Source: Utricularia gibba (taxonomy: Eukaryota > Plantae > Magnoliophyta). From it: a DNA stretch of 64,000 bases. The position numbers were made by a program, and so were the translations under genes. Every line of letters begins with the position of its first letter. Position 1 is the first letter of the stretch. Under the pieces are notes generated by a model that saw only the letters and a program-made list of their open reading frames with translations, ran no database searches and had not been told where the DNA came from. Shown here in pieces: positions 1 through 12,564 of the stretch. Where the stretch lies: positions 1,116,001 to 1,180,000 of the forward strand of contig NEEC01000020.1 of the NCBI GenBank assembly GCA_002189035.1, given 5' to 3'.

Positions 1-266
1 ATGTCACACCAGGTCAGAGTTTGGTTTGCATAAACATGATATGCTATGAAGAACTAGGATTTGCATGTTTTGGAAGAGGTGCTTCGTGGACGAGGATGGA
101 TTTGATGTGATTTTAATATAAATAGATATCCTCATTGGGTTCATGTATTTGTTTTATGTATATTTTAATTATTTCATTTTTCTTTTTGTTTTTGGATTTT
201 TTACCTTGTTTTTTGTTTTTATGCATTCAGATCAAACCTTACATATGATTATATAAGTTATCATTT

Positions 267-353
267 AGAACATCTTTACTCATTTCTGAAAACATTGATG
301 TAGCATTTCTATAAATAGGGTAAAGATTTCCGGAAATCAGTAAGCATGATTCT
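267..353. mobile_element. Short PIF/Harbinger-type terminal fragment or mini-MITE
   Basis: Left arm AGAACATCTTTACTCATTTCTGAAAAC pairs imperfectly with the right arm (reverse complement AGAATCATGCTTACTGATTTCCGGAAAT). TTA lies at the left flank. The layout resembles the first ~85 bp of the Harbinger element at 52927. Confidence 0.4.
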
Positions 354-1218
354 TTTTTCCTCATGAAATGGAAATGAGGAAATATAGTTTCCTTGTGAAA
401 ACGGCTTAAAAATAAGATAATTTTAAATTATTTAAATATTATGATTTTCGAAAATGAATACAAACGTAAAGTAAATTTAATAAAAGAAACTTAATAACTT
501 AATTTTCGAAAATATCATATCATCATATTCGAAAATTGGTAAAGATACTTTTACTCTTTCATCATCATCAAGGTTTTTCAAAATTCTATGATTATGGCAG
601 TCCTTTGGAATGTTATTTTTATGAAAAAAACAATCTTCATTTACTCTTTCTTCTTTACTTATATATAGGGTAATGAAAACACATGATTTTCTCTTTTCGT
701 AATTTTATTCTAAACAAATCTATTATAGTAACAATATATTCCCATATTTTGAAAAAAAGCTACTAGGCTTTAAGTCAAATTGTACAATTCTAACTTGTTG
801 AGTTATGAAGAGAAATAGAATACATGTTGTAGACTCCCAGGAAAGTCCTCATCATTTAATCCCTGTCACTACCTTATCAGGCAAGATGATTCGAATGCTT
901 ACTGTTTGTTGAAGGGTGTTTGCAAATATGGTTATTTTTCTTTTTCCATAACATAAACTTTTTGGAATACATATGAAATAGGAATTATTCCAAAATTATG
1001 TTTTGAGCATTATTTTTTTGTTTTGAAATTTGATTTTAAAAGAGTACTTGCATATCTATTTGTTGGGCTGGAAAGAAAAGAGCGACCAAAAAAATTCGTT
1101 AAAAAAGATTTATTCGAGTGCCATTTTTTGAGTTGATGAGCCCTAACTTTTGCCGCCACCACCACAACACCAAAATCCCATCGCGGACTCCTCTCTCCTT
1201 GATCAATCGTCTGAAGAG

Positions 1219-2994
1219 ATGCCTCCCCTGGATTGGCGGCACCACACGCTTATTCAGGCGTTACTGTCACGGGGTCCTCTCACGGAGGCCGACTTTCTGA
1301 GCGTTTTCTCTGACGTCTCCGGAAAACATTCAGGTCCATCTTTTTGGATATGCTTTTGAAAATGTGGGGTTGTCGGGAAGCCTGCGCCTAAAAGGATGTG
1401 ATGTTTGTGTTTGTTGTGTTCGAGCTGGTGTTACTCTTCTCATCCTGATTTTTCTGAGAAGTTGCGCGAGTTTTCCGTTGCTGAGATTCTGCAGTTTCGG
1501 AAGCTGTTGTATTTTTTATTCCGTAACAGTTGTATTTGAGGGGTTGAATTCCACCTGATTGCCGACCCGCACTTCTATGTTGTGTTCTACGCTTTACTCG
1601 ACTAATTTGTTCATTCTATGTTGTGGTCTTGGAAAAGCTCGATTCAACTGGATTATTGATGACTGACGCTTATGCCTTCAATTATTCAATGGTTTTGCCA
1701 TATCTTTCGTTTTTGTAGACTCCCAGAGCCAGTTATTTAAGGACTATTTGCGGAGGATCAATGAAGAGTTAAGCTATGCTCAGTTTGAACTGAGGGCATG
1801 CAGGGATCAATTCAATGGTGACGTGTATTACGGGGTTGTCAATAATGCTTCAGATGACCAATCCAAGCTTGGCACAAAGTATACACTTCCACAAATTGCA
1901 CTGTATAGGGGCATTGTGAGATACGGTTTAGGCTCTTCGTACACACTGTTGTTATCTTCTCACAGTTAAATTTATGCATGTTTTCTGGGAACTGCTATCA
2001 GGTTGAAGCCGTAATACAAGATCCGAGGCAAGGGGATGCATTTCCAGTACTGATGCTTTATACGTACAGTTAGATATGCAGGTTCTGAAATATCTGTCTT
2101 CTCAGAGAACGGATTGAAATTATTACCTTATTGCATTACATTGGAAACTATTTGTCAGTGTTCATCCCGTGGTCTGTGTTATTAATTCCTGAAGACTGCG
2201 ATTCTTGTATTATTTTAAGTTCAGGGGACAGGAGGTGATTCACATTCTCAGGAAGGAGGCAGTCAACTTCCTTCTGCGTTTAAGAATTTTTCACTTTCCT
2301 TGAAGGAAGCAACACTTCAGCAATTGATCAAAGATAATTGGCTGTGTTCCTTACCAGAGGGAAATGTCGGTATTGGAGTTAGAACTTTTCTTGATCTTCG
2401 AACATGGTTTCAGATGAACGAGGTTCCTGCATGCGATGTTTGCAATGAGGCTGCTGTAAAGGTTACTTCATGGGCTGACCTCTCAACTTACTTACGCTTG
2501 TTTAAGTTACTACTCTGCATCTGAGCTTGATCTGTGGCACATTCGCTTGTAATGTCTTTGTGCTGTAGCTTCGTATTTCTCATTCCACAATATGATCAGG
2601 CCCAGGTTTGCAAGAATGAAGATTGTAATGTTCGTATTCATCTCTACTGTTCGAAAGTGAAATTCCTTAAACCCAAGGTGCCAAAATGATTCTACCTTCA
2701 GAACTCTGCTGGGTTCGATATTGTTATTAGAAGATGACGTCCCTTTGAATACAGGCGAAAGGGGTGTGTCCAGGTTGCGGCTCTCCGTGGCCTGTCTCTG
2801 GATTCAAGGCAGAGCATCAAGTTTTAGATGATGACATTCATCATCCTCCATCTCAGAATGCAACTCAATGTGCGGAGCCATGTACTAAAGCGAAGCGCAG
2901 ACGAGATCAAGTGAGCAATTTGTCCCAAACATCCACCGTTACATCAGACACAAAGAGGACAACCCGAAGCTCCTCCAGATTGCTTGCCAAGTAA
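1219..2994 (+). CDS. NSE1: SMC5/6 complex subunit NSE1 (RING E3), 6 exons, apparent 1-bp frameshift in exon 3
   Basis: GT-AG exons 1219-1333, 1719-1915, 2002-2081, 2225-2461, 2600-2677, 2755-2994. Motifs MPPLDWRHHTLIQALLSRGPL, FELRACRDQFNG.VYYGVVNN, GVRTFLDLR.WF, and RING ligands CDVC..C..RIH.YC..CPGC. Exon 3 is 80 nt and needs 81; about 315 aa once corrected. Confidence 0.92.
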
Positions 2995-3744
2995 ACTTGT
3001 GAAGTTGAAGGGGAATTGTTTTGTGAAGCAAAACTAATACGCCAAGGATGCGTATATCCAGGCATGTATTTTGGGGCGGCTTGTTTCTATGTCGAAACAG
3101 TCCTGGTTACTCCCCCCTATGCTATTTATATTTTGGACATTAGGTATAGCCCGGGAGGTTGTCCTGGGGCTGACTTTGCCAAGTGGGGTGGAGAAGTTAG
3201 GTATTCTTTGAAGGTAGCAAATGCCCTTCCAACCCTTTATCCCGCCCTAGCAGATTTGTTTTCCTCAAGATCTTAAAGGATGAAAGTGTCTTATCAATGG
3301 ATCTATAGATGAAATGGTTCAAAGTAGTGAGCCTTCCCATCAGGACTTGCATCCCTCATCGAGTTCTAGAGGGTTAGATCTCTAAGAGGGTTGTAATATT
3401 TGGAGGATTAGCCCCAATTCCTTTCAATGCAACATAATATTTCAAGAATTTGCCATTTCTAACCTGATAACATGTTTCAGGATTGGGCTTCAATTTGTAT
3501 TTCCTCAAAGTGGAAGAGCATTTAGTCATATATTGGATACATACCAAGCCATCATTCTTTGATTTCACAATTATATGATTCATATACACAGATATAAAAT
3601 CATCAATATAGAGCTAGAAGATTTTATTCAACATATTTTTCTTCAATGCAAATGGCATTATCACGCACACATTAGTCACCTGCATAAAAAGTTTTTTTGC
3701 ATTGTTGGTAGGATTTAAGTGAAATTTGATAGTATACTTGATTA

Positions 3745-4307
3745 TAGAACCGTGCATTCAGTTTCAGTTAATTGAAAATTGACCCTTTTTTTTTTTGTAT
3801 TTGGTTATTGGTTCAATTTTTTCGATTTTCACGATTCAGTTTTGGTTTATCAATTTTACGAAATCTCAGTTTTTGGTTTGGTTCGGTTTTCAGCTTCCAA
3901 TATTCGGTTTAAATAAAAAAAACAGATTTTTTTTAAATAATTTTTTATATTAATTAAGCTCAATACAAAAAATGTAAAAACGCAGCCCAAGTATTGGAAT
4001 TATCGTTAGAATAAAGTTTATCTGAAGGTCAATTTGAAACATGATATTTTTTAAAATATTCAGACGCTATATTTTGTGTTTCTTAATTATCTCATTGTTA
4101 TAATATAAATAATTTTTAGATGTCCAAAAAATAAAAATGAAAAAAACAATAGATAATTCTATTTTTTATGAACCGAATCAAACTTTTCATCGATTCAATT
4201 CAAGAAATATTGGTTTCGGTTCGATTCTTGAAAATATAAGACTTTTGATTTCAGTTTTTTCAATTACAGTTTGATTTGGTTAGGTTAAAACCAAATGCAC
4301 AGCCGTA
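3745..4307. mobile_element. Non-autonomous hAT-type MITE (563 bp)
   Basis: Imperfect TIRs TAGAACCGTGCATTCAGTTT and (rc) TACGGCTGTGCATTTGGTTT. 8-bp TSD CTTGATTA (3737-3744) / CTTGACTA (4308-4315). Many GGTT/AACC subterminal motifs. Confidence 0.8.
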
Positions 4308-5318
4308 CTTGACTAGACTCCATTGTACTCAGTATATTATTGCTTGCCTACGTGAAGTAATGGGTAAGTATTACATGTATTATGCGCGCAAGACTTGCAG
4401 AGGAGATTACATCCAACTCCATGAGGCCACATAGCTTGAATTTGTAAGTTATTAATGATGACAAATTTGAATATTAATAGTACATAGCTTGACATATTTG
4501 ACCAAATATTTTGAAAATTTTGATAAATTATTATCATTACAACAACTTTATTTTACAATTTCATTTATAATGTTTAATATCATATCGTACCTCATTTTAC
4601 TTGACTGTTACTTAATATGGCATGTGTGACATTTTTTGAATTTATTTATTTAGTTTTCAGATATTATCAATGCCAATAAATGATGGCTATATTTTCTTTT
4701 AATCATAAATATGATTATAAAAATATTTGTATTACTTTTTCATTTTTTTTATACCCCCACACTACTATGTTGACTACATGGTAAAAATTGTTTTACATTT
4801 TTTCGAATTTTATTCTTTATTTTCCATATTCAATCGTCCATTAGACGATGCCAGCATTTTTTTTATATTCCAAGTTGCGTCAACCCGATTACATGATGCA
4901 TGTAAATTTTCATAAATTCTTTCATTATTTTTTTATTTTTAATAGTAAAAACTATTACATGCCATCTGAATTTTTCTTCATAACGTTTTTATTTAAACTC
5001 CAAGCACTAGCAACGAAATTATATGGTCACGGAAATTATTTTTAAATTTACTGTAGTTTTTTTTATCAACACTACAAGCATCGTCAATGCAACTAGACCG
5101 TATATGAAAATTTCTTTTTTAAATTTATTGATTTTTAATTTATTTTTGCAGAAATTCTCAAAGCTATTAGAAGACACCTATTTTTTTTGTAAGTTATCAT
5201 CAACGTCATTAAATGATGGTTGAGCTTTTTTTTAAAAAAATATTATTATTATTTATTTACATTGCATGCACTATCAATACCATTAAATGATATTTTTATT
5301 AATGAAAAAATTATAAAA

Positions 5319-5707
5319 ATAACAACTCAAATTTCAGTCAGTATAAAGAATCTAAACTTTAAGTTTCAAAATTGTAAAAAAAAAAACTTCAAGTTATCAA
5401 AACCGTTTAATGAAAACCCAAATAATTTTTAAAATTTTTAAAAACTAAACCAAACATAAGAAATTAAGTATGCATGGTATATTTAAAAATGATAAATTAA
5501 AAATAATAGGTTAAATATATATAAAAAAAAAGATCAAAACAATTGTTAAAACCGTTCAATGAAGATTCAAACATGAGGAGTCAAATATGCAATTTCGAAA
5601 GTTGAGAGGTAAACTATTTACAAAAAAATGTAATTTGAAAAGCTTATGATGCAATTTTAAAATTTAAGGGTTAAACTCTTTATATTGATTGTAATTTGAA
5701 GTGTCAT
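5319..5707. mobile_element. Foldback/MULE-like MITE with ~60-bp terminal inverted repeats
   Basis: ATAACAACTCAAATTTCAGTCAGTATAAAGAATCTAAACTTTAAGTTTCAAAATTG aligns without gaps to the rc of the right end, ATGACACTTCAAATTACAATCAATATAAAGAGTTTAACCCTTAAATTTTAAAATTG. No TSD recognised. Confidence 0.6.
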
Positions 5708-6030
5708 CGACCAACTTCCTACTTTTATTAATTCTTAGAATTTTTTATGAAAACTTCATGCACCATCAACGCGACTAGATGATCTCCATTGCTGATTAGC
5801 TGTGGAGACCGAAGGGGCTTAGTGCTCATTGGGTTATGGAAAATTCTTAACCTATAACTTATATTTTAAAGAAAACCTAAACACAATTTGCCTCAAAGGC
5901 CAAAAGGCTAATAATCTTGAAGGCAAAGCTATGGCCATTGGCCTTCACACACTTGGGGGAGTTATCAACCTCAACTCAACAACACTCTACCTATTCAAAT
6001 GGTGATTAAGATGTCCCTTTGTGCCCTTAA

Positions 6031-6238
6031 CCCATGTTTGGTTGATTAGTTTGGACAGGTTTAAATGGGTATAGAATATATTTTGTGTGTTTGATACAAG
6101 GATTTATTACACTCATATAAAAACAAAAACATGATATTTTCTTTGCACAAAGGAAAAAATAGATCCTAAAGGGAAGATGGGTAAAAATATTTTCCTTCAA
6201 CTAAACCCATACATGATCCTTAATAAACTAAACATCTT
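6031..6238. mobile_element. Possible Tourist-like MITE
   Basis: ATGTTTGGTTGATTA on the left versus rc ATGTTTAGTTTATTA on the right, with TAA/TTA-like flanks. Confidence 0.35.
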
Positions 6239-7784
6239 TATTCATTTCCTTTTAACCAAACATACCCTTATTGTGCAACCTTCTGTAGGATCTCACCTTA
6301 CTAGGCAAGTCCTCCCTTCCTTTGGGGTCTTTTGGGTAGAAAGATTCATTGTTTCCTCTAAAGTAATAATGGATTAGCTCTTTTGTGTAAGTAGTAGGAG
6401 TTTTATTCTAAAATAAGTTATTCAATAATCATTATTACACAATCATTTATTTAATTAGATTATACAATCAACCATATTATTAGAAACTTTTCACCTGATA
6501 ATCCATATTTTACTTACATTTAATTCTTAAACTTATAGTTCATATCTTCATTAATAGGTTAACCTTAGAGTTTAATGGTGATTAGGATCGCATTTGTAAG
6601 AAAAAAAAATGAAAACCTCAAATTAAATATCATAAAAAATAAATGTTTATATACAGGGGCTTCCATTTAGAGCTTCACCAAAAAGCACTCAAGCACACAT
6701 AATCCACTCTAATTCAGTAAAACATGAAAATACGAAAAAGTTAGTCAAAAATCGTCTCAATGGCTGAGGAAGAGAGATTTTTATATGAAAAAAAATTGAA
6801 AATCTTCATGTTGGGTTTATTTAATGGTATCAAATCTTTTCAATTTTTTTTTGTATCTTTTTCAAATCTTTTAGTTGAATGAGTATCTTGGATTATATAT
6901 ATTAATACTTTATGTTACTTACTTCTTTTATGTTCAAACTCATCTACTTTTAAACCCATAAATCTTTCGATCTTAAGTTCTTTCCAAAAAATCAAATTAC
7001 AGAAAAAGATATAAAATCAATAAAAAAAGAAAAATTGAGACATAAATTAAATAAAAAAATTAAAAAAATGATTAAAAATTATATTTTAAAATGGAAAAAA
7101 TATTTTATAAAAATGATATAAAAAGAAATGCATTAATATGATTTTGTATAATGTGAATTGTGAATTATTTTACTTCACTAACAAGCAAACGGCGGTTCCT
7201 TCATTCTTGTACTTTTTTTCTACAAACTGTTAAAAGTTAGTTAGAAATGGAGAAATGGAGAAGGCAAGGGGGAAGCATCCAGGGACTCGTTCATGTTTTC
7301 CCAATCAACGTGCGAATTAAGTTGACATTTCTTCCAAAGCAGGCAGCCCACCCCCCAGCCAGTTTAGGGTTTAACAGATAGTCAACTGTTGGATGCAGTG
7401 ATTCATATGAAAAAATAAGTTCAAAGAAAACAGAAACATTTCGCAGATCTTCATGGCGATGATGAGATGAGTGAAAAAACATCTGCAGAAAGAGACGGAT
7501 TTTGGGGTGAAAAGTAAGTTGAAACAAGTCCAAGTTTGCCTTTTCTTCTCTGTTTCAAGACAAAGAATTTTCCTCCCTTTACTTTCATTCCCTGTAGGTG
7601 TTTTCTTATTTGGTTTCCTCTCCATGATCATCGCTTTCCTCAGTTCTCTGAAATTTGAATCTTCCTTCCTCGGCTGCCTTTGTTTTTGTCTCTCTTACCT
7701 TGATTTTCAGGTTCTTCCAAAGCTTCCATAGCCACCGACAAGAAGATATCAGGGCCATTGAAAGTTTCACTGCTCTAATCAGAA

Positions 7785-10700
7785 ATGGCGAAATTTTCGA
7801 AAGCGGATTCGAGAAGGATGTATTCTTGGTGGTGGGATAGTCATATCAGTCCCAAGAATTCAAACTGGCTTCAAGAGAATCTCAAAGGTAGTGACTTTTG
7901 TAGACCAGACGATCACGAAGAAGATCAATGATAAAGCTGATGGATATGGTTATCAAACGTGTTCTTCTGCCTCTGCAGATATGGATTTCAGAGTAAAGTC
8001 AATGATAAAGCTGATCGAAGAAGATGCGGACTCGTTTGCTCGGAGAGCAGACATGTACTTCAAGAAAAGGCCAGAGCTTATGAAAATGGTGGAGGAGTTC
8101 TACAGAGCATATCGTTCGCTGGCTGAAAGGTATGATCATGCGACTAGAGTCATCCGGCACGCTCATCTGACAATGGCGGAGGCGTTTCCAAATCAAGTGC
8201 CAACAATGGCTGCTGTTGATTCGCCAAGGAGCTCTGTTTCTGGAAGCGATTCAACGAGCTCTGATCCATCCACCACTGTAAGTATTTGTTGCTAAAACAG
8301 ATGACGAACTTCATGGTTTGAGCTAATTTTTCAGATATCGAGCAGGTGGGAGACTTGATGGATGAGTCGGAATCTGTAGCTGGAGAGAAACCTCTGTCGC
8401 ATTTCAACTTTAAGGTGGTCGATGAGAAGGAAGAAACCAGCCATGATTGTGATTCAGAAGAGATTATCAGATTGAAGGAAGCGATTTCTAAGCATGAAGC
8501 TGAGAAGGAAGAAGGGGTTACACAATACCAACAAAGTTTGGATATCTTGTCCCAGCTTGAGAATGAGATTGCTAAAACCAAAGAAGAATATGCAGTCCTT
8601 GTTGATCATGTGCAGAAAGCTGAAAGTGAAATCGTAATCTTGAATAAGAAACTGAGTGAAGCTGAAGCAGAAAAGGAGCTGAATCTTCAAAAGTATCAGC
8701 AGTCCATGGAGAAGATATCCAAGCTTCAGGAGGATGCTGAAACGCTGAAGGACAGGGCTGAGGATTCTGAAGTTGAAGCTCATTCGTTGAAAGGTGAAAT
8801 CGAGAAGTTCGCTGTGGAAAAGGATTCTGCCCTGAATCAGTATATGCAGCTACTGGAGAAGGTCTCAAATCTGGAGAACAAGTTACAATTTGCTGAGGAA
8901 GATTCCAGGGTGTTGAAAGAGAGAGCTGAAAAAGCTGAAGGCGAACTTGAAGTTCTTAGAGCCACTGTCACCATTTTGACGAAGGAAAAGGAAGCTGAAG
9001 CTGAGAAATACCAACAGTCCTTGGATAAAATCTCTGGTTTGGAGGCGAAACTGGATGCTGAGATATTGAGCAGAGATGAAAAGTTGAGGGGTGCTCAAGA
9101 GAAGTTTTTGTCGTCAGAAAAATTAAACCAGTCTCTTCACATGGAACTGGAAGCTGTGATGTTGAAAGTGGGAACTCAAAGTGATGAGCTAACAGAGAAG
9201 GAGCAAGAGATTGTGAGGCTTTGGGCCAGCGTGCAAGAAGAGAGGCAGCGGTTTGTGGATGCTCAAGCTGCTTTTGAAGCTTTGCAGTATTTGCACGCAA
9301 ACACTCAGGAAGAGCTTCAAGCTGTTAGCGCTGAACTGCAGCACAGAGATCAGAGTTTGAAGATCATGGAGTTTGAGAAGAAGACTTTGCAGGATGAAGT
9401 TTTGGGGGTTAAGAAAGAGAACAAGCAACTTGAGGATGTGAATGCATCTTTCGAAACCTCAGTGATGGATTTGAAGAATGAGAATGCTGGTTTGAGAGAA
9501 TGCTGGCAGAGGGAGATCAGTGAAAAGTCAGCTCTTTTGCAGAAACTGGGAATTCTGGACCGGCTTCTGGAAAAAAATTCTGTTTTGGAGAGCTTTCTTT
9601 CTGATCTACATAATGAACTAGAAGCTGCAAGCAAAAAGATTGAGAAGCTGGAAGAGACACTGCAGTCTCTGCTAAATGAAAGATCAACCGTTATAGAGGA
9701 GAAGCTTACACTTTCTCTGAAACTAGAGGAAGCAAATAAGAACCTGGAGAAACTTTCGGATGATAATACTGCTCTCAGACACTCCCTTTGCGATGCACAC
9801 AATCAGCTTGAAGCTTTAGTGTCTCAACTAGTGAAAATGGAAGACTCATGCCAGATTCTTGCTGATGAAAAGACTGGTCTGAAGATCGAAAATGATCGTC
9901 TTTTGTTGCAGCTGGAAACTGTTCATATGAAATTGGATGATCTTGGAAGACTTTATGGAGAAGAGGAGAATAGATGCTCTGCTCTGGAGGAAGAGAAAAG
10001 GTCAAACGTTCAAAAACTTGAAGAGTTGCAGTTGTCTTTCGAGATGGAAGTACTTTTATTAAGCACAGCCATTCAGGAACTGAAGGAAAGCAACCACTTT
10101 CTCTGTGATGAGAATCTGAAATTCCAGGAGGACATTAGCTTGCTCTTAAGTAGACTGCAAGCGTTGAAAGCGCTAGCGGATGAGAACAAAATCAAGGCGA
10201 CTCTGTTGTCAACCGTCCTTCTCATATTGCTTAGGCAGCTTATGGAAGTGAATGATGAGCTGAGGGAGAGTAAATCTAGAAAAGAAGCAGAGTTGTCACT
10301 GATTAAAGATTCTTTCCAGATCTCTCAAGGAGAGAACTTGCAACTTTATGCAGAGAAAAGATGCTTGATGAATGAAATTCGACATTTGGAGGAAAAGAAC
10401 TGTTTCCTGGAAGAGGAAAACAGTGTTTTGTTTGATAAAGTGCTGGAATTAGACAACCTTTCAATGATTTTCAGAACTTTTTCAGGTGAAATCATGAGAG
10501 ATCTTCAGGAAATCCATGTTGCACTGGCAGGAAAACTGAGCTTAACTGAGGAGAGGTTGGAACAATCTGAAACCGAAAATCTTCATCTTGATGAGAAACT
10601 ACGGAAGGCAGAGGAAGAGTTGAAGGATTCCATAGCTTTGAAGAATCAGTCAGCAGATGAGAACGAAGTCCTTCTTGGTAGACTGGAGAGTTCCATGATA

Positions 10701-11969
10701 AGTCAGTTTCTGTATGAGCACAAATGGAATGAGCTTCAGGAAGCTTGCCTTAGCTACAGGGATGAGAATGAAGATCTCAAAACTGAATTGGCTGCATTCA
10801 TTCCGGATATCCAGAAGTTGAGGGAATGTGTTTCATCTCTAGAGGACCGAACAGAAACAACGCAGCTCAAGTTTCAGCATCCCGAGAATGAAAAGTTGGA
10901 GGTATTCTTCCTTAAGAAACAACCTAAAGCCTTGTCCTTAAAATATTGTATACTTATCTGTATTATCCATTTTCAGGATGCACATATTGAAAATGCTTCA
11001 ACCGAAAGGGATCCAGTGAAAGATGTGGCACAAATCAGTTCGCGGGAGCTGCATGATATTCGGGCTAGACTTGAGGTGGCTGTAAAGGCAGCACATGAGA
11101 AGAATGATCATATGATTCAAGAAAGTGCTGATCTCCATTCCCAGTTGGATACTTCTAGGAAGCAACTTCAGTTACTTCAGAATGAGGTTCAAAGTTGGAG
11201 AATGATGAAGCCAAAATCTCAAAACACAGAAGCTAGTGATTCCGTTTCGACTAAAGACATTGTTCTTGATCAGGTATCTGATTGCTCATCTTATCACTGC
11301 AGCAACAAAGAAATGGCTGATGAAAACCAAATAGTCGAGTTACCGGATACTTCGAATCGGGACAGCAGATATGAGAAACAAGCTTCCTCACACGCCAAAG
11401 AGCTGAAACTGAACATGCACGAAGTCTCCGAAGAAATGCCAGATCCAAAAAGGGAATCAAACAAGATGAGCACCTCACAAAGGCTTGAAACAGATGTGGA
11501 AAAACTAGTAAATCTCCAGATGAGAATCCAAGATTTGAAGAGGAAGTTTGATGTCATCGACAAGCGACGTGGCAGCAAACCTGCTGTCGAGTTTGAAGTG
11601 ATACGGGGAAAACTCATCGAAGCCGAAAAAGCTGTCTCGAAGTTGATAGATATTAATGGACATTTGATGAAAAGCATCAACAAGACGTGGTGTTTGAAAT
11701 CTTTCTCCATGTTTGAAGTAGAAGATGGAATTGTTAGGATGAAAAAGGTTTCACAACAAGCACACAAAATGTCTGAGAAAATTCTTAATTTGCAGATGGA
11801 GGTACAGAGGCTAGGAACAGTTATTGGAAAACTACGAGATGATGAAAGGGCAGGGAGAAATTTATTCTACACAGACAGAAAAGTTGTCCTAAGAGATTAT
11901 TTGTATGGAATTCAACCAAAGAAGGAGAAGCCTCAATCTCAGTTTTCCGCATGCTTGCAGCTCAAGTGA
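7785..11969 (+). CDS. NET1: NETWORKED 1 (KIP1-like/NAB domain) actin-binding coiled-coil protein, ~1316 aa
   Basis: Exons 7785-7887, 7979-8277, 8346-10901, 10977-11969. NAB domain [73 protein letters not shown]. Long coiled coil, and a NET1-type C terminus ([32 protein letters not shown]). The paralogue cannot be assigned; exon 3 acceptor is ambiguous. Confidence 0.9.
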
Positions 11970-12564
11970 TTTTATGCGTGCTGATGAATACTAAACTCCG
12001 GCATACAGGAGACATGGTCAACAAAGAAGAAGTGAATGTAAAGTGCAATATGCCATTTTAGATATACCTGGTTTCATTCTCTCTATAGAAATGCTCCTTA
12101 AACAGGATGCTGTTACACCTTTGGCTTGTGTAGATTTTTTGAGGTCAAGTATGATTTCTTATTGAGCAACGACACAGGAAACTAATAAAGCAAATTCATG
12201 ACCAGCCTCGGTCCTAAGCTCTCCTCCTGTTGTTCTTTACTAAACAAAACAACCAAGAAGACAGTCACATCATAACCCAAAAATGGAGAACATATTATGT
12301 AAACTCTACCATTCAACATGGAATACCAGAACACAAAGGCATGCCACTACAAGGATGATGGAACACCCACATACGACACACATTACTATAAACAGCACGA
12401 GTAGATCTCTCCATGTAACATTCATGTTGATCCGGATGAGAAGGGGACTGTGCAGGTAGGCATATGTTGGACATGTCAACTGACTAGATCAACCATGTGT
12501 AGTTTAAATCCAGCGTATCAGAAAAGAGAATTGTAGATATAGGTTCTGCGAACTGAGACTATTG

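Noticed and set aside
826-850. TTGTAGACTCCCAG shared with the NSE1 exon 2 acceptor (1713-1726), followed by GGAAAGTCC resembling the RNase MRP P4 motif
   Set aside because: Similarity does not extend beyond 14 bp and no other MRP elements are present; compatible with chance.
3016-3276. 86-aa ORF immediately after the NSE1 stop
   Set aside because: TTG start and no recognisable homology; most likely 3' UTR or downstream sequence.
8278-8345. Possible fourth frameshift at NET1 intron 2: the first AG at 8333-8334 is out of phase with the donor
   Set aside because: That intron would be only 57 nt. The CAG at 8343-8345 gives a 68-nt in-phase intron, so no error is needed.
8150-11767. Many 70-160 aa minus-strand ORFs over NET1
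   Set aside because: Ser/Phe/Leu-rich shadows of a Glu/Lys-rich coding strand, with no recognisable motifs.
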